From: a virus
Lineage: Duplodnaviria > Caudoviricetes
Length of the DNA: 36,290 nucleotides
IMG/VR virus record: IMGVR_UViG_3300037692_000673
Location: 1-36,290 of that record
Direction: 5' to 3' (one strand)
The position numbers were made by a program, and so were the translations under genes. Below the pieces are notes generated by a model. The model saw nothing but the letters and a program-made list of their open reading frames with translations. It had not been told where the DNA came from and did not search any database. This document shows, piece after piece, positions 1 to 10,163 of the stretch. Position 1 is the stretch's first letter; every line of letters starts with the position of its first letter.

Positions 1-1359
1 CTATATCTCCGCGTCTGCTGTGTATTGGAATCGCAGCAGCGCGTATCCAAGATATGTCGCTGTAGTTAAATGATCCCACAGCAGTTTAGGTGTAGTCCCA
101 GCTGAAGTTACACCAACATCGGTATCGGTTAAGACGTCGTAGACATTTCCCGAATTCCCAGAATCACTCGAGTTAATAGTGATTGCTGGTGCTCGTACCA
201 TTGGTCTATGTAGCTCATGGTTTCCATCATAAAAATTATTCGACGTCTCATCGAATGGATGCTTCTCGTAGGTTATACATCCGGAATCGGTAATTGTCCC
301 TGGAGGTACATCATTGTCATAACTTTTTCGGAAATAATCCAAGCACAGATCCAATTCTTCTTCAGGCGTTCTACGCCTCGTTGGTAACTCTATATCAGAG
401 GCGTATATCTGAACATCTGCTAAGTCAAAATTCCCCACTTGTGGACTTGTACTCTTGGAACAATAGAAAACGAATCCTATGGAATCTGTGGGACCAATAA
501 TTGTGTCTACAGGCACTTCGTTTACATCGAAATATACGACATATTTTTTCCAGGCTGTTGTCAGCTGTACATTTTTAGAAAAACTGGCCCAAGGAGCTAG
601 AGCTTGTATTAAAGATGTCCCCGCAATACTAGCCCTAGCATAAAACGTAACAAAAACACGCTTCCCAGCATACTTCTCGGGATGTAAGATTTTTGTTCGT
701 CTATAGATATTTAAAGACCCAGGGACATTAACCGTAAAACGAGAATAATATTTTGGATGATTTGGTGGAACAATTGAATCAACTGGGAACTCCATTCTCG
801 AATGCGGATTATCTACACTACAATTCGTGAATTCCCATCTATCAGCAGATCTATACCCACCAGCTGTCTGTGTAGTTCCTCGTTGCCAGATATCGAACCT
901 GCCGTTTATACAATCGTTTTCCACCGCTCCCTGATCAGCAGCAAAAGGCCGCAAATCTGCAATCCTAAGTACTGTCGTATCGTCAGTATCCGCGAGAGCC
1001 AGCGGAATGTAGTCGCCGGACGGTGGAGCCGTGGCATCGACCACAGTTCCGGTATTATTAACATAGACCCAGTTTACTCGTTCAGGGGTGGTACTTGCTG
1101 CAGTCAGGGCAACACTACCCGCATCAATATGGTAGACCACCCCGGCGATATCTGCAACACCGGAGGTGAAATTGACATTAAGACCAGTGCCATGACTTAC
1201 TGCTAAACCACTAATGACCCGGTTTTTGGTGAGGAGCGCACCCATGACCACATCATCAATTTGGTCATCAACACTGCGTTCGTCTGCCCAGTTCAAAAAC
1301 CCGGCCTCTGGCATCCGCTTTTTAAGCTGATTTGTATATAATACTACTGGATCTGGCAT
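1..1359 (-). CDS. Tail fibre / receptor-binding protein
   Basis: 452 aa, last tail gene, GGAGG RBS; INGRFDIWQRG...ADRW and C-terminal YFRKSY...PGT motifs typical of phage fibre proteins. Confidence 0.7.
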   Translation of the reverse strand: MPDPVVLYTNQLKKRMPEAGFLNWADERSVDDQIDDVVMGALLTKNRVISGLAVSHGTGLNVNFTSGVADIAGVVYHIDAGSVALTAASTTPERVNWVYVNNTGTVVDATAPPSGDYIPLALADTDDTTVLRIADLRPFAADQGAVENDCINGRFDIWQRGTTQTAGGYRSADRWEFTNCSVDNPHSRMEFPVDSIVPPNHPKYYSRFTVNVPGSLNIYRRTKILHPEKYAGKRVFVTFYARASIAGTSLIQALAPWASFSKNVQLTTAWKKYVVYFDVNEVPVDTIIGPTDSIGFVFYCSKSTSPQVGNFDLADVQIYASDIELPTRRRTPEEELDLCLDYFRKSYDNDVPPGTITDSGCITYEKHPFDETSNNFYDGNHELHRPMVRAPAITINSSDSGNSGNVYDVLTDTDVGVTSAGTTPKLLWDHLTTATYLGYALLRFQYTADAEI

Positions 1360-1368
1360 GGCGTCCTC

Positions 1369-1935
1369 CTAAGCGGATATGGTGATGATCCAGGTTTGCA
1401 CCATTGCCTCACCAGCTTCTTTGTTTTTTACAGCAAAAACAGAACGGCACAGCATTTGTCCTGCAGAAGCAGAGTTGAAAATTCCCGCTTCGGTAATTGG
1501 TCCGGTGCCATCTCCTGCAGGCCAGGTGCAAGTAAAATATACCTTGTTGTTGTCGGCCCCTGTGCCCTGAACTACGGAGTCACAAAGGTTCCGATCCAGT
1601 TCGGTTTTCAAGGCTAAATCTGAATTCAGGGCTGCTGTTGTCCCTGTACCAATGGCCATATAGCGCATTACTGCTGGTCCTCCATTAGCCAGCAGAGTAG
1701 CGATATGCGCTTTGCCAGTGCCTACTACCAAGTTCCAGCTCCAGCCTTCATAAGTAACCTCACCCGTGGCTTCGATATATTTTTTGAAATGCACCCTGCC
1801 ATAAGGATTGATACCGTCACGGAGACTCAGCAGAATATGCCGGAGGTTCGTCCATGAATAAAATGTCAGGACAAGCAGATCCCAAATATTAACGGACAGC
1901 CTGTATAGTTTATTGATCAGAAAAGCTAAAATCAT
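1369..1935 (-). CDS. Baseplate/tail-fibre attachment-like protein
   Basis: NLVV..GK, YMAIGTGTTA, TALxxEL.R and GPITEAGIF motifs of tail-collar/fibre N-terminal-like proteins; start uncertain. Confidence 0.65.
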   Translation of the reverse strand: MILAFLINKLYRLSVNIWDLLVLTFYSWTNLRHILLSLRDGINPYGRVHFKKYIEATGEVTYEGWSWNLVVGTGKAHIATLLANGGPAVMRYMAIGTGTTAALNSDLALKTELDRNLCDSVVQGTGADNNKVYFTCTWPAGDGTGPITEAGIFNSASAGQMLCRSVFAVKNKEAGEAMVQTWIITISA

Positions 1936-2246
1936 GAGATATACCCCCTATCGGTTCGGAGTGTTACTGCGGGGCTATACGCCACGCTAGTTTGCTTACA
2001 AAACGGACAATTAAAATTCCGAGGGGCAGTATGGCCTGCAAGCGGTGCCAGGTTCTCAAGTCTTGCCCCTTTAGATTTGTCCTTTATATAAAAAATATGT
2101 TTTTTACAGTGGACACAGTACACTTTGATCGCCTGTACCATGTTGATCTGCAGTTCATCTGCCGGTACAATCCTCTCGTGACGGGTTAGAAATCTTTTAA
2201 GTAGATCCAAGAGCTTTTCACTTTTTTTCATTTCTTTTTTTTTCAC
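1932..2246 (-). CDS. Small C4 zinc-ribbon protein
   Basis: CVHC...CPFC; overlaps both neighbours by 4 nt. Confidence 0.6.
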   Translation of the reverse strand: MKKKEMKKSEKLLDLLKRFLTRHERIVPADELQINMVQAIKVYCVHCKKHIFYIKDKSKGARLENLAPLAGHTAPRNFNCPFCKQTSVAYSPAVTLRTDRGYIS

Positions 2247-5200
2247 ATCCCATATGGTGTTAGCCCATATCCAGAGCTTAATTTGCCCCCGTAGCCGGAG
2301 GAAAACAAACAGGTCTCGGACACTTGTATTGCATCATTTCGCAAAGCCGAAAGCAGATTGAATAGCTGCTCAAAAATGTAAATTTGATCAGGATTTTTTT
2401 GTTTATACGCTGTCTTTCCGCCATACGGAATCTGTCCGTATCCACCGGAGCCGTAGCCATAGCTGGAATAAAACTCGATATCATCCATCATGACAGCGGT
2501 GTCCGTGCGCAGACATTGCATAACTCCAAGGAGCAGATCATCCAGAGTCACTGTATCGGTATTTACCTTGTGCCAGTCCACAAGGATCAGCAGGGACTCG
2601 CCAATCTTGGCCTCATCCTCCCGGCTTAAATCGAGCTGACTAAAAAGCTGATCCAGGACATGCACAGCATCGGAATATTCCGTCATCGTTGACAGCGCAT
2701 CCATGACCAGTACCTGATCTGCATGCGCCAACTCAATAAGGATGTAATAGAGGTTTTCCGCCACAATCCGCATTAGATTGGGAGAGCTACTGTTGAGCGA
2801 GCCAAAGAGCCTGTCCATTGCCCGCACGATCATTGGCACCTTCGACATCTTGTTAAAATTTGCAGACACCTGCAGCACGTCCTCTTTTTCAAGTTCAAAC
2901 TGATCAAGACAGGCCAGAAATGTATAAAAACTAGAGGGAAAGGCACTGGTCATCAGATAAAAATCGGCAACTGCTCCGGCCATGCCTGGATCACGAATAA
3001 GATCAAAATTAAAGGCATCCTTGCGCACCTTAAGCCCAAACAGCGCAATAGATTTAGTGTCCTCCCTGGTGACAGAGTCCAGATAGCCCGTGGTGTCCGT
3101 ATCACTCACCGTCCAGTCACGTTTAAAGAACAGTTGAACCTTGTTTGAAATATCCTTTAATGGCTGACGGGAAACGGATATGGAGCGCTCCACCAGGTCC
3201 TCGTCAGATGTAAGGGTCTTGGCTGCAGGCTTTGAATCTGGATGCCCTTCGCGGAGCACCATTTTTAATTTTCCGCCGGATGGGATAAAACGGGAATGGG
3301 CCTGGAAACAGATCTTTTTAATGGCATCACGGACAATGAGTGTGGGATCGATCAGGCCGTCCAGTCTGTAGCCAAGCGTGGTGTACTTGCCAGCAATGGC
3401 GGCAAACGAGTCGGCGTCAAAATCTGACTCCGGCACCTCTGCTCTGTCGGTGAGCAAGTGTTGTACCGCGAGATCCGGCCGCGAAATAGTAGCAGTCACT
3501 TCGGCAGTAACCTTGTTTGAAAAAACAATTTCTGCAGGCACATATTCCACATCAAAAAAACAGTGGAGGATATGGACGGTTTTCCCCTCACCGACACCCG
3601 TATCAAAATAGGTCACCCGGATCTCACGCCCGGTGAACCAGCCCCAGTCAAAATTCACCTGGCTGGTAAGGTCAAAAAGATTGACGATGGTGCGGGATGG
3701 GTTCTCTTGCTTAGTAATATTCAGGCCCTGATTATCGGTAGCAAGGGGCTTTACATCGTTCGCATCTTTTATCCCGACGCCCTGCAGCGTTGTACTTTTT
3801 GCAATAACTCTACTATTAGAGGCAGCAGCTGTTACACCAGCATTCTCACCTTGGACACTGCCAACAATCGCGTTGTAATTAATAACAGGATTACTGACGT
3901 AAACAAGAACAGATCCGTTGTTAGCGTATGTCCATGATCTGACCTTCAGCCAATAATGTTGGTCAGTGTAATTTGTATCCCAAGCACCAGCGTTAATTGT
4001 TATCGCTCCATTAATCCCTTCTGGCGGAATATTGTCCAGAGTTATGGTATCACCCCATTCCGGCACAAATTCGATCGCATTTACTTGCGCAGTCCCGGAT
4101 ATGACCGTTGACATATTTAAAGTTATAACACCGCCTGAAGCAGATTTTGCCAGATCCATAAACCAGACTTCTGTCTCGTCATAGTCGTTCATCCCTCCAC
4201 CATACGATCCGACCCCCTGGTTAAAATCTGCAGGTGTGCCATTTTTAGTTTCTCCTCTGGTGGCACTGGTTGGATGGTCGTGTCCACCTGTAGGTTCTGA
4301 GGTAGTTACTGTTGGTTCGGTAAATTCGTGTTCATGTTCTCCGCTTATTTCGTGTTGATGCCCGTGATCAATATCAACATCCGCATCGAGCACGATATCA
4401 TCAGCAGGGTTAGGTCTTGACAACCTGCCCACCACACCTACGCCAGAGACCCACACCTCAACATAATCAGACTGAAAATTGCCGGATTCCCAATGTTCGA
4501 CTGCCAAATAGGCTTTTAAAATCTCTCCCCGATGGCTGTTTACCGTGTTCTGTATTATGGCCAGGATGTTATTACCCGGTAAAATCCTGGCGGCTGTGGC
4601 CGCTTCTGCGGGGTCAAAGGCATACGGTGCCTGGAGGGCAGTGTTACCACTAGCCGTACCGTCAAATTGCATCTCTAAAAATCTGCTGCCTTCAGCAAAT
4701 TTTTTCACCCAGGGCTTTTCTGTAAAGATGATTCTGGCAGGGTTAAGATCGGGACGCACTGTGTAAATTCCGGCCGGTGCAGGAAAGCCTTCAATCATCA
4801 CGTTATTGATTGCGGCCACCGGGCCTTTACAAAGGAAAATTGTATGATCGGTGATGATCTGGTTGATTTGCCGTTTATCCAAATGGGTCACAGCCTCGGA
4901 AAGATAGCCACGCTGGATAACTGACAGACTGCTCGACGTCCGGCCATTGTAGCGGATCTTTTCTTCTTCGATTTGCACGGCACCGGAAGTGGGAAAAAGC
5001 AGCTCATCCAGATCTTCATACACCTGCAGGGTCATGGTGGATTTTAAGATCGACCCCTTTAGACTTAGTTGCATGGCAGTCTTGGCAACCAGGCCAGGAA
5101 TTTGGCCAGTGCTGCCAAAGGCCTGGGGAATCCCTTTACCGATATCACTATCCGCTGCATAGGGATAAGCTTCCTTAGTCAGCAGGTCGCCGCACGGCTG

Positions 5201-5656
5201 ATCAAAACGGATGGACAAAGAGACGATGTCAAGATCCAGCAGGCGGGATGCCTCATCAAACTTAATGGGATCAGCAACCACAAACCTGTCCATAAGTGCC
5301 GCGTCGGATTCGGCCAAACCAACAAACCACTGGTAAAGCTCCACCTCCACGTTTTCCGGGTGTTCGTACAGGAAATAATTAGAGAAAGGCGTTTCCCCCC
5401 CGTTCCAGAGGGATATTGACATTTGCCGGATCTCGCCACTCTCCGTGGCCTGCACATCTCCCACTGTGTCTATCAGATCTCCCCAGCTTACAACCAGGGG
5501 CTGGAACTCATGACTAAGACCATCGGCAGCACCCAGCGGCTGGTCAGAGATATACACGTTTCCAGCAGTGGGGAATTTAAAGATCAGCCACTGACGGGGA
5601 CGCCTGAAGGGGGCGTTCTTAGCAGCGATAAATGCAGGAGTCAGGTCGGATCTCAT
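2243..5656 (-). CDS. Tail tip / baseplate hub (central fibre) protein
   Basis: 1137 aa following tape measure and Dit-like genes; IPQAFG and SIALFG-type hub motifs. Confidence 0.7.
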   Translation of the reverse strand: MRSDLTPAFIAAKNAPFRRPRQWLIFKFPTAGNVYISDQPLGAADGLSHEFQPLVVSWGDLIDTVGDVQATESGEIRQMSISLWNGGETPFSNYFLYEHPENVEVELYQWFVGLAESDAALMDRFVVADPIKFDEASRLLDLDIVSLSIRFDQPCGDLLTKEAYPYAADSDIGKGIPQAFGSTGQIPGLVAKTAMQLSLKGSILKSTMTLQVYEDLDELLFPTSGAVQIEEEKIRYNGRTSSSLSVIQRGYLSEAVTHLDKRQINQIITDHTIFLCKGPVAAINNVMIEGFPAPAGIYTVRPDLNPARIIFTEKPWVKKFAEGSRFLEMQFDGTASGNTALQAPYAFDPAEAATAARILPGNNILAIIQNTVNSHRGEILKAYLAVEHWESGNFQSDYVEVWVSGVGVVGRLSRPNPADDIVLDADVDIDHGHQHEISGEHEHEFTEPTVTTSEPTGGHDHPTSATRGETKNGTPADFNQGVGSYGGGMNDYDETEVWFMDLAKSASGGVITLNMSTVISGTAQVNAIEFVPEWGDTITLDNIPPEGINGAITINAGAWDTNYTDQHYWLKVRSWTYANNGSVLVYVSNPVINYNAIVGSVQGENAGVTAAASNSRVIAKSTTLQGVGIKDANDVKPLATDNQGLNITKQENPSRTIVNLFDLTSQVNFDWGWFTGREIRVTYFDTGVGEGKTVHILHCFFDVEYVPAEIVFSNKVTAEVTATISRPDLAVQHLLTDRAEVPESDFDADSFAAIAGKYTTLGYRLDGLIDPTLIVRDAIKKICFQAHSRFIPSGGKLKMVLREGHPDSKPAAKTLTSDEDLVERSISVSRQPLKDISNKVQLFFKRDWTVSDTDTTGYLDSVTREDTKSIALFGLKVRKDAFNFDLIRDPGMAGAVADFYLMTSAFPSSFYTFLACLDQFELEKEDVLQVSANFNKMSKVPMIVRAMDRLFGSLNSSSPNLMRIVAENLYYILIELAHADQVLVMDALSTMTEYSDAVHVLDQLFSQLDLSREDEAKIGESLLILVDWHKVNTDTVTLDDLLLGVMQCLRTDTAVMMDDIEFYSSYGYGSGGYGQIPYGGKTAYKQKNPDQIYIFEQLFNLLSALRNDAIQVSETCLFSSGYGGKLSSGYGLTPYGM

Positions 5657-6021
5657 TCGACACGCTCCAGGAGCAGCTCACCGCTATGGCGGCGGTAGGA
5701 TGTTTCTGGGAAGTTGATTTTTGTGGTCAAACACTTGACGAGAAAGGAGTCTGCGTTTTCGTCGTAATACGTAAAATTGTTGGCAGCACCGACACAGATG
5801 TACTTATGGAAGTACATCAAATTTATATAATCCTCGGCGGGCAGACCCTTAAATACGATCGGAAACTGAGCAATCTCTCCACCCAGATCCTCCACCTGCC
5901 AGGCACCTCCACCCATGCGTACCATCACCTGTTTTTGTTCCACAGGCTTTTGTACCGGATACTGGATCCCCTTGGAAAACTGGAGGACGTATGCGCCAAG
6001 TCCGAACCGTATATCAGCCAT
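5653..6021 (-). CDS. Distal tail (Dit-like) protein
   Basis: 122 aa directly after tape measure, coupled to both neighbours. Confidence 0.55.
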   Translation of the reverse strand: MADIRFGLGAYVLQFSKGIQYPVQKPVEQKQVMVRMGGGAWQVEDLGGEIAQFPIVFKGLPAEDYINLMYFHKYICVGAANNFTYYDENADSFLVKCLTTKINFPETSYRRHSGELLLERVE

Positions 6022-8150
6022 TAGCTTCGTGCCTCCTGGCGGCTCTTTTCCGCAAGGATGGCAGACACATCAGACCGGGATAGTTGCTGGTTGATGTTGA
6101 TGTTTGTTGTATTAGTTGTACTCCCACCATTTGACTGGCTGTCTAACCATGCCTGTATTCCAGCGTCTCTACTTGTGCCATTGGGATGGCTTGTGCTATT
6201 TCCACTGCTTTGTTGATTGTCTAGCCATGCTTGGGTCTCAGGATCACTACTTGTTCCTCTTTCTCCCCCAGCTGAACTACTTGCAGACGTAGCTGCTCCA
6301 GCCAGTGCCTGAAAGCGACCGATAAGCCTGTCGATGGTAGAATCAACACCGGAGCCGTCAAGGCTGGCATATACCGTAAATTCTGTGCCGTCTAGGGTGT
6401 CCAGCTGCAAACCGTATTGAGCCAGTTGATCAATACCTTCCTGGGTGGCGCCCATCATCTCGTCCAGTGCGGTTAAGCCTTGTGCCTGCAGGTTATCCAT
6501 GGCCATGGAGGCCATAACTTCTCCTTCATCCATGGCCTTGGATGAAAGCTGCCCCAGTTGTTCGTATAGCCATTCCTCTACAGCCAACGTATCAGCCCCG
6601 TTCTTTTCCCAGAGCTTTGCCTTTTCCAGCAGGGCAGTGGCTTCTTCCGAGTAATAGGCTTCTGCTCCGATTCCTGCTTCTTCGTACATCTCCTTTTTTG
6701 CTTGAGCCGCCTCATCAGCCGCTTTTTGTTCACTCTGGATGATCTTCTCTGCAGCTTTCAGTTGCTTATCACTCAATTTAATATGAGCATCACCCTGCTT
6801 ATTCAGGGCATCTATAGTGCCCTCTACCGCTTCTGTATACCCTTCCTGTTTGCTGGCAAGGGCTTCCATCTCAGCAGCCAGTTGATTTGCAGACTTGGCA
6901 GGAGCAGAAAAGGGATCCTCTGTTGTCTTACCAGAGCCAAAAAAGTCTTGGAAACCTTGCGATGAATCATTAAGTTCGCCAACCGAGTCAAAAAGAACCT
7001 GAATAGCATCCATTGAATCGTTATATTTCCGAACCACAGCCATAGGGTTAAATGCTTCTGCAGCTGTTTTGTTCATCCTGGCCAGAAAAGCTTCCGTGCC
7101 AGGAATAACGGTATCAAAGAAACTGACCATGGATTGATCAATCTGTTTAATAGTACCTGTTCCTTCTTTGAAAACTGTCCACAGATGCGCGGAGGCTGTG
7201 GCCAGCACATCGATATTCTCAGCGAGATCTGGAAGCTTTTCAGCCATGGACTCAACAAAAGCCTGGAAATCTTCATTGCTTCTCAAGTCGTCGATCTTGT
7301 CAGCAAGTTTAACCATTGCCTCTGCCATATTCGAGGTTGTGCCAGTACCCTCGTTGATCATTTCGACGGTTTTACCCAGGGAGTTCTTAATCCGGTTAAA
7401 GGCTCTGCCAATGGTGACAGGCATGGTGTCAAAGGCGGTATTGATCTCCTCGGCCATTGCCGGGAAAGACTTTCGCAACAGATCGGTGGTGAGTTCTCCT
7501 TCCGCTGACATCTTCCTCAGCCCGGCTATATCTGTATCCAGGGCTTTCGCCAACTGGGCCCCAAAATAGGAGTTGGCTTCCATCATTGCCCGGAACTCTT
7601 CACCCTGCAGAACCCCTGATCCCAAAGCCTGCTTAAACTGGAGCATAAAGGAGCTGGTTTCTTCTGCTGTTGCTCCAGAGACCACCAGGGACTTATTGAC
7701 CATCTCCGTAATGCCAAGCATCTCCCGCGAAGAGGCTCCGATCTCTTTTAAAGACATTGCCAGTGTGGCATAGGACGGGGCGTTGGTCGCGTAAAGGGTG
7801 CCGGTATCCTGGGAGATACGGTACAGTTCACCTTGCACCATCTCCAGCTCAGCAGCAGAGTCTGTTACCAGGCGCAAACGAGAATTGAGCAGGGAATAGT
7901 TGTCGGCAAGCATGAGCACTTCACCAGCAGCCCGCGCGGTAAGATACCCGGCCAAGGCAGTACCCAAGCCTTTAACCAGAGTACTCCCCTTATCAACCTT
8001 GGTATTAAAATCCCCAAGCGTCCGATTGGTTCTCTTAAACCCTTCATCACCTTTGCGGCTGGAGGTCTCCATCTCCTTGCCGAGCTTACGTATGACGGGC
8101 GTCCCGTTATCGTCGACTTCGATGATTATGTTGAGTTTGTTTGAGTTCAT
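6021..8150 (-). CDS. Tail tape measure protein
   Basis: 709 aa Ala-rich helical protein with QFKQALGSGVLQGEEFRAMME tape-measure signature. Confidence 0.92.
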   Translation of the reverse strand: MNSNKLNIIIEVDDNGTPVIRKLGKEMETSSRKGDEGFKRTNRTLGDFNTKVDKGSTLVKGLGTALAGYLTARAAGEVLMLADNYSLLNSRLRLVTDSAAELEMVQGELYRISQDTGTLYATNAPSYATLAMSLKEIGASSREMLGITEMVNKSLVVSGATAEETSSFMLQFKQALGSGVLQGEEFRAMMEANSYFGAQLAKALDTDIAGLRKMSAEGELTTDLLRKSFPAMAEEINTAFDTMPVTIGRAFNRIKNSLGKTVEMINEGTGTTSNMAEAMVKLADKIDDLRSNEDFQAFVESMAEKLPDLAENIDVLATASAHLWTVFKEGTGTIKQIDQSMVSFFDTVIPGTEAFLARMNKTAAEAFNPMAVVRKYNDSMDAIQVLFDSVGELNDSSQGFQDFFGSGKTTEDPFSAPAKSANQLAAEMEALASKQEGYTEAVEGTIDALNKQGDAHIKLSDKQLKAAEKIIQSEQKAADEAAQAKKEMYEEAGIGAEAYYSEEATALLEKAKLWEKNGADTLAVEEWLYEQLGQLSSKAMDEGEVMASMAMDNLQAQGLTALDEMMGATQEGIDQLAQYGLQLDTLDGTEFTVYASLDGSGVDSTIDRLIGRFQALAGAATSASSSAGGERGTSSDPETQAWLDNQQSSGNSTSHPNGTSRDAGIQAWLDSQSNGGSTTNTTNININQQLSRSDVSAILAEKSRQEARS

Positions 8151-8443
8151 TTCTTACGCATTAAAGGGCAATTTAACTGGGGTTGTAAGGCATCTTTAAC
8201 AAGGCTTAAATCAGCCCATTCTTCCAAGGTCAGGTCATTCGCTTGAAAAGGATATCCACCACGGGCAAGCGCTGACAGGCGAAGGAGTTTGATTGTGTAA
8301 GCCATGATCTCATCACGCCTTTTTTTAGGGCAGTGACTGCAGGCCCAGGCCAAATTGGTACCGGATTCCTGCAGACACTTTTCCTCCTCCTCAAGGGTAC
8401 AGAGGCCGCGCTTGATCGCAGCAAGATCCTTTTTTACTTTCCC
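8147..8443 (-). CDS. Tail assembly chaperone -1 frameshift extension (gpGT-like)
   Basis: The -1 frame from GGGAAAG (8443-8437) is open (GKVKKDLAAIKRGLC...NLAWACSHC...) to the stop at 8147. Confidence 0.8.
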   Translation of the reverse strand, partial: GKVKKDLAAIKRGLCTLEEEEKCLQESGTNLAWACSHCPKKRRDEIMAYTIKLLRLSALARGGYPFQANDLTLEEWADLSLVKDALQPQLNCPLMRKK

Positions 8444-8832
8444 TCGATATCGTCTCCACTGATCTCTGCAGGTGCATCAAAGACATGAGCGGCAAGGAGC
8501 ATGACAATATCGCAGGATCCTTCCTCGATCTCTTTCTTCCACTCCTCAAGGTAGTTTTCACTGTTTGGATCTGAAGAAAAGGCAACAAGCTTTTCACCTT
8601 CCTTCTTTACAAAATCACCTTCCCGAAAGCCGACCAGGACATCAGATCCGTACTTCAATCTGGCAGCGGCCTTGTTAGAGGTGATTTTATTCCCATGGCG
8701 CTGGAGGCTCATATTAGTATATTCCTGGCGTTCCTTCGTGGTGGGCTGGCGATAATGAAGGACAATCTCAGATCCAGAGATGTTGTCCCAGATCCTGACC
8801 TCATTTACTTTTGCATTGACTATTCGTGGCAT
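8434..8832 (-). CDS. Tail assembly chaperone (lambda gpG-like)
   Basis: 132 aa between tail tube and tape measure; ends GAG GGA AAG TAA. Confidence 0.8.
   Translation of the reverse strand: MPRIVNAKVNEVRIWDNISGSEIVLHYRQPTTKERQEYTNMSLQRHGNKITSNKAAARLKYGSDVLVGFREGDFVKKEGEKLVAFSSDPNSENYLEEWKKEIEEGSCDIVMLLAAHVFDAPAEISGDDIEGK
8437..8443 (-). other. -1 programmed ribosomal frameshift slippery site G GGA AAG
   Basis: Same heptamer as lambda G/T, in the correct frame just before the stop. Confidence 0.85.
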
Positions 8833-8880
8833 GATGTACTCCTGTTGGTTTGATTTTCTATTTATGATGAATTGAAAAAA

Positions 8881-10158
8881 TTACTGTGCGTATCCGGTCT
8901 GTAAGTTCTTGACCTTGACCACAACAGAGCCGTGGGTATCGTCCTCCAGAACAGCAAAATCTCCAGCCTCGGCAAGAACCTTGCCATTAACGGAAATTGG
9001 CGCATTCAAGACAGCCACCCTGGGGAAAACAAATTCAACCTGGTAGTTGTGGCCGACATCAAATTCAGCTCCCTGGCAGAGGATATGGAAGCCGAAGGTG
9101 TCATTGTCCCCCATATGCTGCTGGAGGATAAAATCCTTGAATCTGCGATCCACCTTTAAGGTCTGATTTCTCGCAGGCCGGAAGCTCGATGCAGCGTAGG
9201 CACCACCAGCTCCGGGAACAAAATTAATCTCCAGAGAATTGCTCAAATCGTATTGAATCTGGTTAACCTCAGAGGAGACTGCACGGCCACCGGTAAAGGC
9301 AGCTCCAGTCCATTTTCCTCCCAGTACTGCTGTCATCTGGGCAACTCGCAGCGGGCTTTCCTTTACGGCAGCGGGTAGGTCAAATTCAGCGCCCTCGGTG
9401 GGGACATAAAGAATTTTGTAAGTGACATCTCCCGGATCTACTGACGGTGCAGTGATGGTTATTGACGCAGGAGTTAAGGCATCGACAGCCGTGTACTCAA
9501 CTTCAGTCCATACACCCACAGTGAGCTCCACGCGGATCCGCTGGATGTTATCCAAGCGGCCGGATGCGTCTGCCCCCTCAACACCATTGGCAGCAAGATC
9601 CAGGCTGACACTATCAGCCGGTGCTGTTACAGACTCCTCAACAACATTATCCACATGCTTGCCGGTGCCTTTGAGTGTGCCGTTGCATTTGACCCAGTCA
9701 TCTTTGGCGAAGGTGGCAGACACCTGGTCAACAAACATGGAGATAAAACGCCGTTTGAGAACAGTTTTGCCAAAACGGGTGAGCAGGGAAAACGAAGGAA
9801 GCGATCGGTCATTATCTACATCACCATCGATGGGGGTGATTGTATGTTCATAGCCACTACCGGCAGCTGCTGTTGCACAACTCCCCAGACCATAGGCCAG
9901 GAGAAAGGCAAAATGCTGGGGTTGCGCCTTGGAAAAGTTCCGGTTCCCGCCAGAGGTTGCGCCGTTGTCATAGACCATGGTTGGCTCTTCATGGCCTGTG
10001 GCCTCATCGGCATTGGTTTCCCGACGCGGCTCAAGATTGACCGCATCTGACAGGTCAGACAGAAGAGCCAGGTCAACGGTTTGCTCAGTGTTAATGGCTG
10101 TTTCCATTGTTCCAGCAGATACGGCGCTGATATTATGGGTTGCCCTTGATGATCTCAT
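8881..10158 (-). CDS. Major tail tube protein
   Basis: 425 aa; position, YEHTITP / LPSFSL motifs, acidic Gly/Ala/Thr-rich composition. Confidence 0.75.
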   Translation of the reverse strand: MRSSRATHNISAVSAGTMETAINTEQTVDLALLSDLSDAVNLEPRRETNADEATGHEEPTMVYDNGATSGGNRNFSKAQPQHFAFLLAYGLGSCATAAAGSGYEHTITPIDGDVDNDRSLPSFSLLTRFGKTVLKRRFISMFVDQVSATFAKDDWVKCNGTLKGTGKHVDNVVEESVTAPADSVSLDLAANGVEGADASGRLDNIQRIRVELTVGVWTEVEYTAVDALTPASITITAPSVDPGDVTYKILYVPTEGAEFDLPAAVKESPLRVAQMTAVLGGKWTGAAFTGGRAVSSEVNQIQYDLSNSLEINFVPGAGGAYAASSFRPARNQTLKVDRRFKDFILQQHMGDNDTFGFHILCQGAEFDVGHNYQVEFVFPRVAVLNAPISVNGKVLAEAGDFAVLEDDTHGSVVVKVKNLQTGYAQ

Positions 10159-10163
10159 TCGTT

